Origin: Candidatus Bathyarchaeia archaeon
GTDB taxonomy: Archaea; Thermoproteota; Bathyarchaeia; Bathyarchaeales; Bathycorpusculaceae
Length of the DNA stretch: 14,140 bases
Assembly: GCA_049521795.1 (NCBI GenBank)
Contig: JBEKOM010000016.1
Coordinates: forward strand, 1-14,140
Direction of reading: 5' to 3'
Part shown: positions 14,086 to 14,140 of the stretch, piece after piece
Numbering within the stretch: position 1 is the first letter of the stretch
How the letters are laid out: the number at the start of each line of letters is the position of its first letter
Notes under the pieces: model-generated
Databases searched by the model: none
What the model saw: the letters and a program-made list of their open reading frames with translations, nothing else
Told to the model about the DNA's origin: nothing
Made by a program: the position numbers and the translations under genes

Positions 14086-14140
14086 CGCGCGGGATCGTCG
14101 CTACCTTCTTAAGTCACTAGGACCTTCGACGAGTGCTGTA

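Overview
Archaeal DNA, judged from TATA-box promoters, GGAGG/GAGGTGA Shine-Dalgarno (SD) sites and an archaeal-type tRNA-Pro(CGG); the protein families suggest Bathyarchaeia, which is an inference. Positions 1 to ~10,669 look like one end of an integrated head-tail (Caudoviricetes, HK97-type) provirus, mostly on the minus strand. It runs from a very small regulatory module (RHH, 51-aa sORF, wHTH, Cys protein) through putative TerS, TerL and portal, two small genes and a secreted beta-rich protein, to the 5' part of a prohead protease that leaves the window. Three apparent cargo units interrupt it: an opposite-strand Zn-finger plus Zn-ribbon/SHOCT pair, a divergent wHTH gene, and an AT-richer two-gene operon of large unknown proteins, which is the best candidate for an undescribed system. 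The viral genes abut the 5' side of an intact tRNA-Pro (10670-10747). Right of the tRNA are a repeat-rich non-coding stretch, a helical hypothetical protein, a GCS2-family ligase, small ORFs and a decayed integrase-like C-terminal remnant, suggesting an integration hotspot. A G-U-rich ~21-bp RNA hairpin lies in the head operon at 849-932. All family calls come from motif reading and recall, not database searches.
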